DNA of 64,000 nucleotides from an uncultured Actinomycetes bacterium (GCA_963770545.1 CAVYQF010000036.1:38253-102252); one strand, 5' to 3'. Shown: positions 9,246-19,351, counted from the stretch's first letter. The notes: generated by a model not told the origin, from the letters alone. Numbers and translations are program-made.

Positions 9246-10028
9246 TCAGCGTGAGAGCAGCTCGAGTTCGCCGGAGTTGATCCGGGCGGTGATCGAACGG
9301 TCCGCGGTGCTGGCTTGCGGGATGCCCGCGTGGACGTACCCCGAGGTGACCTGCGGGCGGATCCGGTAAGGGATGGTGGCCGGCAGGTGCAGGGTGGCCT
9401 GCGCGGAGACGAGCGTCAGTCCGACCCGCCCGGGCGGGGATACGAACCAGGCGCTCAGGTGCCCGGAGGTGATCGACGCCGCGAGGCTCGGTGAACGCAG
9501 CCCCGTCGCGCTGATGTCCACGCTCCGGGCGCTGATCCGCAGCGGGCCCGCCAGTCCGGTCGCGATCACGTGTCCGGACGGCTGGCGCAGCACGATCCCG
9601 CAGTGCTGGGGGACCACGAGCCGCAGGCGCCCGGTGCACGGGCTGTGCGCCGCGCACCGATAGGCTAGGTGCAGCACGCCGTCAGCCAGCCGGGGCCCGG
9701 TCACGAGCACCGCGTAGCGTCCGGTCCAGTGGACCGGCCCGGACAGCGTGACCTGGCTGGTCCGCGCGGCGATGATGTTCAGCTGCCCGGGCGGTGCCCG
9801 GAGATCGACGGTGCGCACGGAGTCCGCGGCGACTGAGACGGCACGGGTGTCGCTGGGCCCGTGCCCTCCGTCCCGGGCGGCCGCGGCCAGCACGAGGGTG
9901 AGCACGACGACGGCGACGACTCCCACCACGAAGCCCGCGACGCGCCCTGGCGGCCGCGCTGCGGCAGCGGCGCCGCCCCCGGCGGCTGGCCCGCTGGGCG
10001 GCGGAGGGTCAGGCGGAGTGATGGCCAC
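9246..10028 (-). CDS. membrane-anchored hypothetical protein (DUF4097/adhesin-like repeats)
   Basis: GTG start at 10028, Pro/Gly/Ala linker, one TM helix (GFVVGVVAVVVLTLVLAAA), then a beta-rich region. The upstream 100 codons of the track ORF are antisense to the small gene at 10200. Confidence 0.5.
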   Translation of the reverse strand: MAITPPDPPPPSGPAAGGGAAAAARPPGRVAGFVVGVVAVVVLTLVLAAAARDGGHGPSDTRAVSVAADSVRTVDLRAPPGQLNIIAARTSQVTLSGPVHWTGRYAVLVTGPRLADGVLHLAYRCAAHSPCTGRLRLVVPQHCGIVLRQPSGHVIATGLAGPLRISARSVDISATGLRSPSLAASITSGHLSAWFVSPPGRVGLTLVSAQATLHLPATIPYRIRPQVTSGYVHAGIPQASTADRSITARINSGELELLSR

Positions 10029-10199
10029 GCGCCCAGAGTGCCCTAATCGTGACGTTTGATGCACGCGGTCCGCGGTTTGCCTTGCCGTTCTCGGGTACCT
10101 GGCGGCCGTTCCAGGTAAAAAGCGGCGGGACGCGGGTGTTTGGCCCGGCTTCGCCGCCAAAGCCCAGTCAGCCGCACCATTGCCGGAAGGACTGCCCCC

Positions 10200-10370
10200 A
10201 TGCTGGGTTTCGTCGCAGCCATTCTCTTTGCCATTGCCTTCATCATCAACGCCGCGAACGTGTCCATCAGCAACGCCATCTTCTCGCCGACCAGCCTGAT
10301 GCTGCTCGGCCTGGTCTGCCTGGCCCTGCACCTGTCCGGGGTGGGCACCAGCTGGAAGTACCGCCGCTAG
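10200..10370 (+). CDS. small two-TM membrane protein
   Basis: ATG at 10200 preceded by ggaagga (10186-10192). 56 aa, MLGFVAAILFAIAFII...LMLLGLVCLALHL. Confidence 0.45.
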   Translation: MLGFVAAILFAIAFIINAANVSISNAIFSPTSLMLLGLVCLALHLSGVGTSWKYRR

Positions 10371-10409
10371 CCGGCGTGGCTACCGGGGCGGCTCTCCCGG
10401 CATTCCGGG

Positions 10410-10475
10410 ACGGCCCGCCCCGGCGGCCCGGCCCGCCCCGGCGGCCCGGCCCGCCCCGGCGGCCCGGCCCGCCGT
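10410..10475. repeat. 18-bp tandem repeat x~3.6
   Basis: ccggcccgccccggcggc repeated, in the intergenic region upstream of the FAD/Fe-S oxidase gene. Confidence 0.9.
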
Positions 10476-10554
10476 CCTGCTAGCCCCCCGGACCGGGCCC
10501 GCCGCCCAGCGGGGCAGGGCCCGGTGCGCCAGGCGGTCGCCTGGTCACGGCAGG

Positions 10555-13404
10555 ATGACAGGCGTGGATCCAGCAGACATCGCCCAGGCCCTGCGCGCGG
10601 CGATGCAGGGCGAGGTGGATTTCTCCTCCCGCCGCCGCGCCGAGTACTCCAGCGACGCCTCGAACTACCGGGTCGTGCCCCAGGTGGTCGCCTTCCCCCG
10701 GGACGCCGGCGACATCGTGGCCGTGGCGGAAGTGTCCCGGCAGACCGCGACGCCCCTGACCACCCGGGGGGCCGGCACCTCTATCGCGGGTAACGCGGTC
10801 GGGCCGGGAATCGTCCTGGACACCTCACGGCACCTGGGCCGGATCCTCGACCTCGACCCGCAGGCCCAGACCGCGAAGGTTGAGCCCGGGGTGATCCTGG
10901 CCAGCCTGCAGGAGGCCGCAGCCCCGCACGGGCTGCGGTTCGGCCCCGACCCGTCCACCCAGTCCCGGGCCACGCTGGGCGGAATGATCGGCAACAACGC
11001 CTGCGGGGCCCACGCCCTGGCCTACGGCCGCACCGCCGACAACGTGCTCGACCTCGACGTCATTGATGGCACCGGCCGGCGCTTCACGGCCAGCAGCGGC
11101 CTGGACCCGGTGCCCGGCCTGGACAAGCTGGTCTCGGCCAACCTGGCCCTGCTGCGCACCGAGTTCGGGCGGTTGCGCCGCCAGGTGTCCGGTTACTCCC
11201 TGGAGCACCTGCTGCCTGAGAACGGGGCCAGCCTGGCCCGGGCCCTGGCCGGCACCGAGGGCACCGTGGTCACCATGCTGGGCGCCACGGTCCGCCTGGT
11301 GCCGGTGGCCCGGGCGCACGCCCTGGTCGTGCTCGGCTACCCCGATGTGGCCGACGCGGCCGACGCGGTGCCCACCGTCCTGGCCCACTCCCCGCTGGCG
11401 GTTGAAGGCCTCGACGCCCGGATGGTCAACGTGGTCCGCCGGCGCAAGGGTTCCTCCCGGGTGCCCGGACTGCCCCCCGGTGATGCGTGGCTGATGGTGG
11501 AGATGGGTGCGGAGTCCGCCGCGGAGGCCCTGGCCCTGGCCGAGGCCATGGCGGCCGAGGCGGGCGCCCTGGCGGCCAGGGTGATCCCGGCCGGGCCGGA
11601 GGCGTCGGCGGTCTGGCGTATTCGGGAGGATGGCGCAGGGCTCGGCGGGCGGACTCCGGATAACCGGCCGGCCTGGCCCGGCTGGGAGGACGCGGCCGTG
11701 CCGCCCGCCCGGCTCGGCACCTACCTGCGGGAGTTCCGGGCGCTGATGGGCTCCTATCAGCTCGACGGGCTCCTCTACGGGCACTTCGGAGATGGCTGCA
11801 TCCACGTCCGGATCGACTTCCCGCTCGACCGGCCGGACGGCGCAGCGGTGATGCGCCGGTTCCTGACCGACGCGGCGCACCTGGTCACCGCGCACGGCGG
11901 CTCGCTGTCCGGGGAGCACGGCGACGGCCGCGCCCGCAGCGAGTTGCTGCCCGTGATGTACTCACCCGGCGCCCTGGCCGCGTTCAGCGGGTTCAAGCAC
12001 CTGCTGGACCCGGCTGACCTGCTCAACCCGGGGGTGCTGGTCCGCCCCCGGCCGCTCGACGCCGACCTGCGCCGTCCGGCGGCTCTCCCGCTGCCCCGGC
12101 TGGGGGGGTTTGCGTTCGATGAGGACGACGGCGACCTGACCACGGCCGTGCACCGCTGCGTGGGGGTGGGCAAGTGCCGGGCTGACTCCTCCGGGACGGG
12201 CGGCTTCATGTGCCCCTCGTACCTCGCCACCCGGGATGAGAAGGATTCCACCCGGGGCCGGGCCCGGGTGCTGCAGGACATGGCCAATGGCACCCTGATC
12301 TCCGGCGGCTGGCGGTCGCCGGAGGTGCATGACTCGCTGGACCTGTGCCTGTCCTGCAAGGCCTGCTCGGCGGACTGCCCGGCGGGCGTGGACCTGGCCC
12401 GGTACAAGTCCGAAGTGGCCTACCGGGCCTACCGCCGCCGGCTGCGGCCCCGCTCGCACTACGCGCTCGGCTGGCTGCCCCGCTGGTCCCGGCGGGCGGG
12501 CGCTGCGCCCCGGCTGGTCAACGCGCTGCTGCGGATCAGGCCGCTGGCCAGCGCGGTGCTCGCCGCGGGCGGGATGGACACCCGGCGGGCGATCCCTGCT
12601 TTCGCCCCGGTCCCGTTCCATCGCTCTAACGGATCACGATCAGCCCTCCGGCACGCGCCAGCGTCCGGGGGCGGACAGCGCCCCGTGGTGCTCTGGGCCG
12701 ACTCCTTCAGCGATGCCTTCGACCCCGAGGTGCCGGAGGCCGCCCTCACCGTGCTCGGCCAGGCCGGCTACCAGGTGATCGTCCCCGAGCGTTCGGCGTG
12801 CTGCGGGCTGACCTGGATCAGTACCGGCCAGCTGGACGGGGCCCGCCGCCGGCTGGGCGGGCTGCTGGACATCCTGGGCCCGTACGCGGAGGCGGGGATC
12901 CCCATCGTCGGGCTGGAACCCTCCTGCACCGCCGTGCTCCGCTCGGACCTGGCTGACCTGTTCCCCGGCGACCCGCGCGCCGCCGCGGTCGCCGCGGCGA
13001 CCCGGACCCTCGCCGAACTGCTCACCGCGCCGCCGCCGCTGGGCCCGGGACCGCGGTGGGCGCCGCCGGACCTGGCCGGTACGCAGATCATCGCCCAGCC
13101 TCACTGCCATCACTACTCGGTGATGGGCTACGGCCCGGACCTGACCCTGCTGTCCGCCGCGGGGGCCGCGGTCACCACGCTGGCCGGGTGCTGCGGCCTG
13201 GCGGGGAACTTCGGCATGGAGAAAGGCCACTACGAGGTCTCGGCGGCGGTCGCGGAGCTGGCTCTGCTGCCCGCGCTGCGGGGTGCCGCTCCCGGCACGG
13301 TCTTCCTGGCCGACGGGTTCTCCTGCCGCACCCAGGCCGACCAGCTCGGCGGGGTCCGCGGCACGCACCTGGCCCAGCTCCTCGCCGCCCGCCCCCAGCC
13401 CTGA
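10555..13404 (+). CDS. FAD-binding oxidase fused to a (Fe-S)-binding/CCG-domain module (GlcD-GlcF-like, D-lactate/glycolate oxidase type)
   Basis: 949 aa. N-terminal FAD_binding_4-like region (TTRGAGTSIAGNAVG). Central Cys clusters CVGVGKC..C and CLSCKACSADCP. C-terminal CCG-like motifs (CCGL.W, GCCGLAGNFG). Confidence 0.9.
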   Translation: MTGVDPADIAQALRAAMQGEVDFSSRRRAEYSSDASNYRVVPQVVAFPRDAGDIVAVAEVSRQTATPLTTRGAGTSIAGNAVGPGIVLDTSRHLGRILDLDPQAQTAKVEPGVILASLQEAAAPHGLRFGPDPSTQSRATLGGMIGNNACGAHALAYGRTADNVLDLDVIDGTGRRFTASSGLDPVPGLDKLVSANLALLRTEFGRLRRQVSGYSLEHLLPENGASLARALAGTEGTVVTMLGATVRLVPVARAHALVVLGYPDVADAADAVPTVLAHSPLAVEGLDARMVNVVRRRKGSSRVPGLPPGDAWLMVEMGAESAAEALALAEAMAAEAGALAARVIPAGPEASAVWRIREDGAGLGGRTPDNRPAWPGWEDAAVPPARLGTYLREFRALMGSYQLDGLLYGHFGDGCIHVRIDFPLDRPDGAAVMRRFLTDAAHLVTAHGGSLSGEHGDGRARSELLPVMYSPGALAAFSGFKHLLDPADLLNPGVLVRPRPLDADLRRPAALPLPRLGGFAFDEDDGDLTTAVHRCVGVGKCRADSSGTGGFMCPSYLATRDEKDSTRGRARVLQDMANGTLISGGWRSPEVHDSLDLCLSCKACSADCPAGVDLARYKSEVAYRAYRRRLRPRSHYALGWLPRWSRRAGAAPRLVNALLRIRPLASAVLAAGGMDTRRAIPAFAPVPFHRSNGSRSALRHAPASGGGQRPVVLWADSFSDAFDPEVPEAALTVLGQAGYQVIVPERSACCGLTWISTGQLDGARRRLGGLLDILGPYAEAGIPIVGLEPSCTAVLRSDLADLFPGDPRAAAVAAATRTLAELLTAPPPLGPGPRWAPPDLAGTQIIAQPHCHHYSVMGYGPDLTLLSAAGAAVTTLAGCCGLAGNFGMEKGHYEVSAAVAELALLPALRGAAPGTVFLADGFSCRTQADQLGGVRGTHLAQLLAARPQP

Positions 13405-13468
13405 CCGTGGTCGGCGCGGCGGCGGCCTCCCTTCCTCCACAGTCACACTGGTCCCACCAGCCCACATT

Positions 13469-13530
13469 TCACGCGCGACGTGCGCGCCGTAAACGGACAA
13501 GACACCCGCCGGGACGCACGTCGCGCGTGA
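13469..13530. repeat. perfect 16-bp inverted repeat with a 30-nt spacer
   Basis: tcacgcgcgacgtgcg (13469-13484) and cgcacgtcgcgcgtga (13515-13530) are exact reverse complements. Confidence 0.95.
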
Positions 13531-13655
13531 TATGTCGGCGCCAGCCGCCTGGCCGGGCCCCGGCCTGATCGCGTCTGGTCCGCACTCAGCGGCCGACCTG
13601 GCGCGATCACCAGGAGACGGGCAACTGGTTTTGACGGCGTGGTAGACAGGCAGGC

Positions 13656-14108
13656 ATGGCAAGGATTCTCATCTCCGCGGAGCGCGTGGTGGCAGCGCCT
13701 GCAGAGACGGTCTACGGCTACATCGCGGACATGCGCGAGCATCATCCGCGTTTCCTGCCCCCGGCGTTTTCAGACTTCCGGGTCGAGTCCGGTGGCGTGG
13801 GGGCGGGCACGGTCGCGCGATACAAGATGACGGCGGGCGGCCGCACCCGCGAGTACGAGATGAAGGTCGCCGAGCCCGAGCCGGGCCGGGTCCTCACCGA
13901 GTCCGACGCCGGCTCCAGCGCGGTCACGACGTTCACGGTCTCCCCGCAGGGCGGCTCGTCGCTGGTGCAGATCTCGACCACCTGGGACGGGGCCCACGGG
14001 ATCGGTGGCTTCTTCGAGCGCAGGTTCGCGCCGAGGGTGATGCGGGCCATCTACGTGGACGAGCTCAACCGGCTTGACGCGTACGCGCGCGAGCACCGCT
14101 CCGCATGA
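13656..14108 (+). CDS. SRPBCC (polyketide cyclase/dehydrase-like) family protein
   Basis: 150 aa. The pattern I.A....V..YIADM..HHP.FLP and the length fit SRPBCC ligand-binding proteins. Confidence 0.75.
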   Translation: MARILISAERVVAAPAETVYGYIADMREHHPRFLPPAFSDFRVESGGVGAGTVARYKMTAGGRTREYEMKVAEPEPGRVLTESDAGSSAVTTFTVSPQGGSSLVQISTTWDGAHGIGGFFERRFAPRVMRAIYVDELNRLDAYAREHRSA

Positions 14109-14222
14109 GCCGGTAATCCCCCGGGCAGCACGCCCTATTAACCTCCGGGCAGCACGGGCCCTATCATTGGTCACGCTCGGGAGCGGGTAGTCAGTCAACG
14201 GTCTTAGGCAGGCGAAATCAGA

Positions 14223-15077
14223 ATGGCGGAGGATGGCTGGATGAACGGGGACTCCGCCGACGCGGGCGAGCCGCAGGTCGACCTGCAATTGGATCGGCCG
14301 CACCCCGCCCGGGTCTACGATTACCTGCTCGGCGGGAAGGATAATTTCGCCGCCGACCGCGCCGCAGCGCAGGCCGGACTGGAAGCCAATCCCAATTCAC
14401 GGATCCCGCCCCGGGAGAATCGCGCGTTCATGCGCCGCGTGGTGCGCTACCTCGCGCGTGAAGCGGGGATCAGCCAGTTCCTGGACATTGGCACGGGCAT
14501 CCCGACCTCCCCGAACGTGCACGAGATCGCGCAGGACGCAGATCCGCAGGCCCGGGTCGTGTACGTGGACAACGATCCCATCGTGCTCGCGCATGCGCGG
14601 GCGCTGCTGACCTCCGGACCGGTGGGCAAGACCGCCTACATCGACGCCGACGTGCGCAACGTCAGCAGGATCCTCCGCTCCGCCGACCTGCGGCAGACCC
14701 TGGACATGAACCGGCCCGTCGGGCTGCTGCTGATAGCGGTCATGCACTTCATTGCCGACGAGGACGACCCCTGGAACCTGGCTGCCCGGCTGCTCGACGA
14801 ACTGCCCGCTGGCAGCTACCTGGCGCTGTCCCATCTCACCGGGGACTTCGACCCGGCCGCCTGGCAGGGAGTAGCCGCGGTGTACCGGCGAAGCGGGGTA
14901 ACCATGCAAGTCCGTCCCCTGGCGGCCGTCGAGCAGTTCTTCACCGGCCTGGATGTCCTGGACCCTGGTGTGGTGTCACTGCCCAGATGGCGCCCCGACC
15001 CCAGCGACCTCGGCCAGGCGGCGCAGCCAACCGACGCAGCTGTCTCCGTCTACGGTGGCCTGGGCCGCAAGCCCTGA
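14223..15077 (+). CDS. SAM-dependent methyltransferase (actinobacterial SAM_MT/Methyltransf_19 type)
   Basis: ARVYDYLLGGKDNFAADR, NRAFMRRVVRYL, QFLDIGTGIP and YVDNDPIV are hallmarks of this family. Confidence 0.85.
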   Translation: MAEDGWMNGDSADAGEPQVDLQLDRPHPARVYDYLLGGKDNFAADRAAAQAGLEANPNSRIPPRENRAFMRRVVRYLAREAGISQFLDIGTGIPTSPNVHEIAQDADPQARVVYVDNDPIVLAHARALLTSGPVGKTAYIDADVRNVSRILRSADLRQTLDMNRPVGLLLIAVMHFIADEDDPWNLAARLLDELPAGSYLALSHLTGDFDPAAWQGVAAVYRRSGVTMQVRPLAAVEQFFTGLDVLDPGVVSLPRWRPDPSDLGQAAQPTDAAVSVYGGLGRKP

Positions 15078-15144
15078 AAGCCGGATTCCATCGCCCCCGG
15101 TGCGATCGCCCCCGGTGCGAAGGGGGAGTAGCGGTGCCAAGATC

Positions 15145-15456
15145 ATGACCGTGAGGTTGACGCTGTGTGTCCTGCTCTGGGCGCGGCCCGGGACCGAGGA
15201 CGGCCTGATCGCCTACGAGGACCGCGTCCTGGGCATGGTCCCTGAGCACGGTGGGCGGGTCCTGCAGCGGGCCCGGGGCGGCGGAACGGCCGGGCAGCCG
15301 CTGGAGATCCAGCTCCTGGGATTCCCCTCAGCGCAGGCGCTCGACGCGTACATGACGGACGACCGCCGGCAGTCGCTCGCCGGCCAACGGGACCAGGTCA
15401 TCGCGAAGACCGAGGTCATCGAAGTCCAGCTGGTGCAGGCTGCCCCCGAGCCGTAA
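15145..15456 (+). CDS. small alpha/beta-barrel protein (DUF1330-like)
   Basis: ATG at 15145 with ggggag upstream. 103 aa, MTVRLTLCVLLWARPG..LIAYEDRVL..HGGRVL. The family call is tentative. Confidence 0.45.
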   Translation: MTVRLTLCVLLWARPGTEDGLIAYEDRVLGMVPEHGGRVLQRARGGGTAGQPLEIQLLGFPSAQALDAYMTDDRRQSLAGQRDQVIAKTEVIEVQLVQAAPEP

Positions 15457-15516
15457 GCCGGGCGGACCGCGGCCATGACAGGACGCTGGCCGCAGACACC
15501 ACGCCCGGCTGAGTGG

Positions 15517-17616
15517 TCACGGGGCAGGCATCGTGGCGATGACCCGCTGGCCCCGGTAGTGGCCAGACAGGTGGGCCACCGAGTGCCGGACGTAGTCGAA
15601 GTACCAGAGCCGGATGGAGGCGGAGGTCCCGCCCGGCCCGGCTATGGTCAGCCGCGCCCAGACCTGGCCGCGGGCCTGGTTCCATCGGACGGTCCCGCTG
15701 ACCCGGGTGTCTGACGTCCAGCGCACCCGGGTGAGGCGGATCCCGATGCGGCTGCCGGTGCCGGTGAACCGGAAGGTGCCGCCGCGCAGGCCCCAGCCCT
15801 TCACCCCGTCGCCGTAGTACCAGCGCCAGGCCGCGTCACCGACGGCGGCGGCGCCGACGGCGGCCAGCCGCAGGCCGGTGCGGCCGGCCTGATCACCCGG
15901 CCCGGCGGTGGCAGGCGTGACGCGGGGGAGCGTCGCGGGGAAGGTGCCCACGACCCGGACCTCCGGCGTCCGCCCGGCGCAGGACGCGTTCATCTGCTTC
16001 AGGGCGGCCGGATCCCTGATGAAGGTCTGCACCAGTCCGGAGGCGCAGCCGACCGGGTCATCCATGGCGTTGACGTGCGTGTCGTTGTGGATCAGGATCC
16101 AGCGGGCCGATGGGCCCATGTCCCGGGTGGCCTGGCGGCCCTCGGCCGGGGTGGTGAGCGAGTCGAGGTCGCCGGACAGCACCAGCACCGGCAGGTTCGG
16201 CGGCGCGTAGGGAGGCGGGGTGGTGATCGGCGGGTCCGGGTGAGCAGGGGCGGGCCAGTCGAGGCACGCGTCGAACTCCTCTTCCGGCTCGGTGACCCAC
16301 TCGTGGACGGTAAACGGGGTAAACATGCCGGCCGGGAGCGCGGCGACGGTGCGCGCGTACTGCCCGGCCCGCTGGGCCGGGTTCTGGCTGTAGCTGAATG
16401 GCTGCGGGTAGTCCAGGCAGGTCGTGGCCTGATAGAGGCCGTCGTTGAACTCCCGCACCGGGCCTGAGGTCCCGGTGTAGATGTCCTGCTCGGTCAGCCG
16501 CAGCAAGGGCGCGGGATCGTGGTCGCGCAGCAGCGCCCGCCCGGCCGCGTCGAGTTCCCGGTAGACACCGCTGTCGGAACCGGCGTCGTTGACCATCTCG
16601 GACAGCTTGATCGTGGTGACCCGTTCGGTGACCTTGTTTCCGAACGGATCTCTCGTCCGGCCGGTGACCGGGTGACGGCGCAGGTATGCGGCGAGAACGC
16701 TCAGCCGGGCCCACGCGGACCCGGGCGCGGCCCGGTGGCAGGCGACGCTGCGCGAGCACGAGATGTCGAACGCGCGCCTCGCGGTCAGGATCGTCTGCGG
16801 GTAAAACGGGTCCTTCCCGCTGACCGGGTAGGCGGCGTCCAGTGTCACCGAGCGGAGCATCTTCGCATACCGCGCGGTGAGTACCTGCCCGAAGAAGGTC
16901 CCGTAGGAGTCACCGTAGAAATCGACTCTCCCGGTCCGCAGCCTGCGCAGCAGCAGCGCCACGTCCCTGGCTGCGTTCGCCGTCGTATACAGGTCGCTGG
17001 CCTGCACGTACCCACCGCCCGGCAGCTTGCGCGTGTGGTCCAGCTGCCGGCCGCACTTGCCGGTATCGATCGTGTAGGCGGCGATGCCGTCGGCGGTCTT
17101 CCAGCGCTGCAGCGGCTTGCAGAGGAACGCCGAGGAATTCCCGGTGCCGCGCAGATTGACCAGGAGCAGGTTGCGCCGGGCCAGCAGCGGGCGGAACGTC
17201 CCCCGGTAGTCCGCCGCGTAGTCAGTGGTCGGGAAGCCAGGGCCACCCTGGACCGCGAGGATCGTTCCCACTGCCCTGCCGCTGGCCGCCGGGTACCACT
17301 GGAACCCCAGCTTGATATGGCCCGCTGCCCGGTCCCGGTAGTCCAGCGGCACATTGATCCTGGTGCACCAGGCCAGGCGGGAGACCTGGCACGGCGGGAT
17401 CGTCACCGAGCCGACCCGGATCGGGTGACGCTGCGCCGCGGAATCTGGCCACGCGGTCGCAGCGGACTGGGCTCTGGACACCCGGCCGCCGCTGGCCCCC
17501 GGCGGCCCGGAGCTCGCGGATACCGGGGCGGCACCGAGGAGGACCGCCACGGCCACCGCCCCCGCCGCAGCCCGGCCAAAGAATCCCGCCCAGGACGGCA
17601 CATGAGACATGGGCAC
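15517..17616 (-). CDS. secreted alpha/beta hydrolase (tripeptidyl-aminopeptidase-like)
   Basis: 699 aa. Signal peptide AGAVAVAVLLGAAPVSASS. QGGPG oxyanion-type motif and nucleophile elbow GDSYG. Long C-terminal domain. Confidence 0.8.
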   Translation of the reverse strand: MPMSHVPSWAGFFGRAAAGAVAVAVLLGAAPVSASSGPPGASGGRVSRAQSAATAWPDSAAQRHPIRVGSVTIPPCQVSRLAWCTRINVPLDYRDRAAGHIKLGFQWYPAASGRAVGTILAVQGGPGFPTTDYAADYRGTFRPLLARRNLLLVNLRGTGNSSAFLCKPLQRWKTADGIAAYTIDTGKCGRQLDHTRKLPGGGYVQASDLYTTANAARDVALLLRRLRTGRVDFYGDSYGTFFGQVLTARYAKMLRSVTLDAAYPVSGKDPFYPQTILTARRAFDISCSRSVACHRAAPGSAWARLSVLAAYLRRHPVTGRTRDPFGNKVTERVTTIKLSEMVNDAGSDSGVYRELDAAGRALLRDHDPAPLLRLTEQDIYTGTSGPVREFNDGLYQATTCLDYPQPFSYSQNPAQRAGQYARTVAALPAGMFTPFTVHEWVTEPEEEFDACLDWPAPAHPDPPITTPPPYAPPNLPVLVLSGDLDSLTTPAEGRQATRDMGPSARWILIHNDTHVNAMDDPVGCASGLVQTFIRDPAALKQMNASCAGRTPEVRVVGTFPATLPRVTPATAGPGDQAGRTGLRLAAVGAAAVGDAAWRWYYGDGVKGWGLRGGTFRFTGTGSRIGIRLTRVRWTSDTRVSGTVRWNQARGQVWARLTIAGPGGTSASIRLWYFDYVRHSVAHLSGHYRGQRVIATMPAP

Positions 17617-17687
17617 AAGATCTCATCCGGGCCAGGTTCAGGCAAGACAAAGACCTGGCCTACCACCTGCGCAACCGGAGACGGTGC

Positions 17688-18275
17688 CTACCTGATCCGC
17701 AATCCTGCGATGACGAGCGCGACCATGCGGCGTGCGTCGTAGCGGGGGTTGTTGTCCGCGCCGATACAGAGATTGCCGACGCCGAGCAGCAGTTCGTAGG
17801 CGTCCATGCCGGGGAGAATCTCGCCCGCCGTGGCCGCGGCGTCGAGCAGCTGGGCGCACACGGGGACGAGGCGGTCCAGGAAATAGGCGTGCAGGGTCTC
17901 GAAGGCGGCCTTGTCGGACTGCAGTGCCCCGGCGAGACCGTGCTTGGTGACCAGGAAGTCGACGAAGAGGTTGATCCACTTGGCCAGGGCGTCGTGTGGC
18001 GTGCTGCTGTTCGCCAGCAGGGCCGGGCCCGCCTCAGCGGTTGCCTCGACCTGGTGCCGGTAGACGGCGACGATGAGATCGGCTCGCGTCGGGAAGTGAC
18101 GGTAGATCGTGCCCACGCCCACGCCAGCCTGGGCCGCGATCTCGCGCACGGGCACATCGACGCCGGAAGTAACGAAAGCCGCAGCCGCCGCGTCCAGCAA
18201 CGTCTCCTCGTTACGCCGGGCGTCGGCCCGCTTCCGCGGGGCTGGCGGTCCTGATCCGCTGGCGATATCGGCCAC
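17688..18275 (-). CDS. TetR-family transcriptional regulator
   Basis: 195 aa. HTH region RRNEETLLDAAAAAFVTSGVDVPVREIAAQAGVGVGTIYRHFPTR. Confidence 0.9.
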   Translation of the reverse strand: MADIASGSGPPAPRKRADARRNEETLLDAAAAAFVTSGVDVPVREIAAQAGVGVGTIYRHFPTRADLIVAVYRHQVEATAEAGPALLANSSTPHDALAKWINLFVDFLVTKHGLAGALQSDKAAFETLHAYFLDRLVPVCAQLLDAAATAGEILPGMDAYELLLGVGNLCIGADNNPRYDARRMVALVIAGLRIR

Positions 18276-18307
18276 TGCGCCGCTACCTTCGTCCCTCCAC
18301 TTGGCAA

Positions 18308-18351
18308 ACGGAACCGTGTTCCGTATGCTAGTTAACGGAACAAGGTTCCGC
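18308..18351. promoter_or_regulatory. two palindromic operator-like sites in the TetR/LLM divergent region
   Basis: ACGGAACcgtGTTCCGT (18308-18324, perfect 7+3+7) and ACGGAACaagGTTCCGC (18335-18351, one mismatch). Confidence 0.55.
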
Positions 18352-18443
18352 TTGCTCAGGATGCCACACCGGGCAGGCTAAACCCAAGTCATGCGCGGCG
18401 ACGTCGCTGATCGCCGGCACCGCGACGCGTATCCCGCCCCGTA

Positions 18444-19340
18444 GTGGAAAGGACGAACGGACCCATGCCGCCAGCACCCCCGCCTCGTTTCGGGATCGCG
18501 ACCGCACCGCAACAAGTCGGCTACCACGACATCCTGCAAGTGTGGCGGGAGGCGGACGCGATCCCGCAGATCGAGCATGCGTGGCTGTTCGATCACCTCA
18601 TGCCGATCGGCGGCGACCTGGATGGGCCGATCTTCGAAGGCTGGACCCTGCTCTCGGCCCTCGCCGCGCAGACCCAGCGGCTGCGTCTTGGCCTGCTCGT
18701 GACCAGCAACCGCTTCCGGCCGCCCGCGATGCTGGCCAAAATCGCCACGACCGTCAACATCGTCTCCGGTGGACGGCTTGACTTCGGGATCGGCGCAGGC
18801 TCGCGGCCCGACATCCCGCGGGCCCGGCGGGAGTATGAAGCAAACGGCTTGCCCTACCACGACTTCGGCCATTCCGTAGGGAACCTGGCCGAGGCCTGCA
18901 CCGTGATCCGGCGGTTGTGGACCGAGACCGAGCCGTTCGACTTCGAGGGCACCTACATCCAGCTCACCGGGGCGTTCGGCAACCCCAAGCCCCTTCAGCG
19001 CCCGTACCCGCCCATCCTCATCGGCGGGCGCTCGGCGGGCGTGCTCCGTGTGGTCGCCGAGCACGCCGACCTGTGGAACATCCCCGGCGGCGACATCGGC
19101 GACGTCGTCAGCCGCAGCGCGCTGCTGGACCGCTACTGCACCGAGATCGGCCGCGATCCCGCCGCGGTCACCCGCTCGATCCACCTGTCGGTCTCCTACG
19201 ACCAGCCCGGCCGCACCCGGGCCGCGATCGGCGAGGCGATCGACGCCGGCTTCCGGCACATCGTCCTCGGACTGCCGGCACCCTACCCGGCCGGCGTCGC
19301 GCAGTGGGTCACCGACGAGCTCATCACCACGTCGGCCTAG
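18444..19340 (+). CDS. LLM-class F420-dependent oxidoreductase
   Basis: 298 aa, full length. RFGIATAP start, GGRLDFGIGAG motif and typical C-terminal region. Confidence 0.9.
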   Translation: MERTNGPMPPAPPPRFGIATAPQQVGYHDILQVWREADAIPQIEHAWLFDHLMPIGGDLDGPIFEGWTLLSALAAQTQRLRLGLLVTSNRFRPPAMLAKIATTVNIVSGGRLDFGIGAGSRPDIPRARREYEANGLPYHDFGHSVGNLAEACTVIRRLWTETEPFDFEGTYIQLTGAFGNPKPLQRPYPPILIGGRSAGVLRVVAEHADLWNIPGGDIGDVVSRSALLDRYCTEIGRDPAAVTRSIHLSVSYDQPGRTRAAIGEAIDAGFRHIVLGLPAPYPAGVAQWVTDELITTSA

Positions 19341-19351
19341 AGTCCTGCCGC

